Shown: in pieces, positions 62,610 to 64,000 of the stretch | How the letters are laid out: the number at the start of each line of letters is the position of its first letter | Numbering within the stretch: position 1 is the stretch's first letter | Assembly (NCBI RefSeq): GCF_006345805.1 | Contig: NC_043024.1 | Span: 7,998,001 to 8,062,000 of the forward strand | Direction of reading: 5' to 3' | Origin: Octopus sinensis | Lineage: Eukaryota | DNA: 64,000 bases | Notes under the pieces: generated by a model | Told to the model about the DNA's origin: nothing | What the model saw: the letters and a program-made list of their open reading frames with translations, nothing else | The model's database searches: none | Made by a program: the position numbers and the translations under genes

Positions 62610-63025
62610 ATTTAAAAACTTGGTAGCTAGTATTAGTAACGGTGTCTAACCTCTCTCCTTCTAAAAAAGATTTTCAAGAAAGCTGCCCCCTGTTATAACA
62701 AAACCCTAGCCGATGGTGGCTTCAAAGATAAATTAATATATAATCCCTCTAATAATCAAAATATTAATAATAGATGTAGTGTCATCAAAGATAAAATAAT
62801 GCATAACCCCTCTAGTATTAATCATAATAATAATAATAAGCCTAAAAATAGGCCAAGGGAAATTATTTGGTTCACCTGTCCATTTTCCCTTAATATAAAA
62901 ACTGTTTGTAATAGGTTCCTGTCTTTCCTAGACAAATACTATCCCAGCAATTCAGAGATACAGGAAAATATTTAATAGGCGTTCTGTGAAATTATGCAGC
63001 TGCTATCCTAATATGAAGAGTGACA
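62610..63025 (+). mobile_element. Decayed Penelope-like element coding fragment (end of RT / RT-GIY-YIG linker)
   Basis: Frameshifted translations IFKKAAPCYNKTLADGGFKDKLIYNP, KNRPREIIWFTCPFSLNIKT...FLSFLDKYYP and IFNRRSVKLCSCYPNMKS resemble the PLE motifs FxKAAPxY, RxIIWFNPP and IFNRxxVKxSYSCMPN. Confidence 0.75.
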
Positions 63026-63091
63026 TTACATGTGGTCCATACCAAGTGCTTAAATCCAGTTGCAACTGTCACAACCCAGGATCTTGTGAAG

Positions 63092-63425
63092 GTACATGGC
63101 TCAGTGGTTAGAGCGTCGAGCTTACGATCGTGAGGTTGTGAGCTCGAATCCCAGACCGGGCTGCGTGTTGTGTTCTTGAGCAAGACACTTTATTTCACGT
63201 TGCTCCATTTCACTCAGCTGTAGAAATGAGTTGCGATGTCACTGGTGCCAAGCTGTATCGGCCCCTTTTGCCTTTCCCTTCAATAACATCAGTGGTGTGG
63301 AGAGGGGAGTCTGGTATGCATGGGCGACTCTGGTCTTCCATAAACAACCTTGCCCGGACTTGTGTCTCGGAGGGTAACTTTCTAGGTGCAATCCCATGGT
63401 CAGTATCGTGACTGAAGGGGGTCCC
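63092..63425 (+). mobile_element. A further tRNA-derived SINE
   Basis: ggtacatggctcagtggttagagcgtcgagcttacgatc...gctcgaatccc head followed by a ttgagcaagacactt core. Confidence 0.7.
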
Positions 63426-63426
63426 C

Positions 63427-63461
<35 letters not shown>

Positions 63462-63955
63462 TTTTGTGTATGTATATACCTTCCTTCTCTGGTGTGAGGT
63501 CCCAACTATGGATCATTTGAGTAGTATTAGATCTTATGTCCATTTTGGGATCATTTCTGCCATTGAGATTGTGGGGTCGTGTAGGTCTGAGTTGCCAAAT
63601 AGGCAAACGGGTGCCATCTTCCCAGTCATATTTCATCATTCCTTTTCTGCCATTTCCAATGTCTGGCTTTCTGAAGTGTTTGCTGAATCCAAAAAAAATG
63701 AAAATAAATTGATGTTGATATTCATACTTAAAGCATGCTGGGCAAAATGCCATTAAGCATTTTGTCCATCTTTATGTTCTGAGTTCAAATACCACCAAGA
63801 TCAGTTTTTGCCTTTCATTCTTTTGGGGTAGTCCTCTCCCTCAAAATTTCAGGCTTTGTACATATAGTAGAAAGGTTATTCATATTGACTTGTTCTGTTT
63901 CTTGTGCAATCTTTTACTGAAGTGTTTTTGTTTTTTGTATCTTTTGTATTTGCAG

Positions 63956-64000
63956 CCAATACTACCTCTGTGCTGAAAGGGCGCCTCGATATGAAGTCAA
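63956..64000 (+). CDS. ZMYM2/3/4 (woc): ZMYM exon K, runs off the window (SNTTSVLKGRLDMKS...)
   Basis: Long pyrimidine tract plus tttgcag acceptor; phase 1; open to the window end. Confidence 0.7.

Larger units (their letters stand above)
19403..64000 (+). other. ZMYM2/3/4 (woc): ZMYM2/3/4 (woc)-family MYM-type zinc finger gene, partial; 11 coding exons visible, incomplete at both ends
   Basis: Exons 19403-20548, 23257-23305, 27954-28039, 31271-31597, 34060-34963, 52394-52479, 55029-55302, 58534-58715, 59661-59811, 61868-62071 and 63956-end join with AG/GT ends and matching phases into one open frame. The product has 8 CxxC...(F/L/M)CxxxC fingers and ZMYM-typical C-terminal motifs. Which vertebrate paralog is closest cannot be decided from sequence alone. 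Confidence 0.93.

Noticed and set aside
63092-63165. tRNA-like sequences (also 12146, 55744, 62134)
   Set aside because: No acceptor stem pairing, and they continue into repeat bodies; SINE heads rather than tRNA genes.

Overview
Eukaryotic, highly repetitive genomic DNA. The SINE families and the (CA/TA)n load look like an octopod cephalopod (Octopus sp.); this is recalled resemblance, not a database match. The only host gene is a + strand ZMYM2/3/4 (Drosophila woc)-family MYM zinc-finger gene. Eleven coding exons chain in consistent phase with GT-AG ends from 19403 to the window edge (about 1150 aa): an acidic N-terminal region, 8 MYM/FCS fingers, the KNKSLLCKP motif, the PVPVP Pro-rich motif and the IPADPFEAELLMMAE motif. 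The start codon was not found, and the C-terminal DUF3504 domain is expected beyond 64000. The introns hold several tRNA-derived SINE families, RTE, RTE-X and CR1 LINE fragments, a Penelope-like (PLE) coding remnant, a mariner remnant, piggyBac-, hAT- and Helentron-like MITEs, fold-back palindromes and mini/microsatellites. Nearly all long ORFs in the supplied track are microsatellite artefacts. The most notable unannotated signal is a set of four PLE-type hammerhead ribozyme motifs (5752, 18189 and 50422 on the sense strand; 54595 antisense) carried by small non-coding elements. One element is a 474-nt unit with a 24-nt terminal redundancy (retrozyme-like). Another has a Pol III B-box upstream of the ribozyme. 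Two palindromes appear centred on hammerhead half-motifs, and there is an orphan, structured RTE-like 5' leader.
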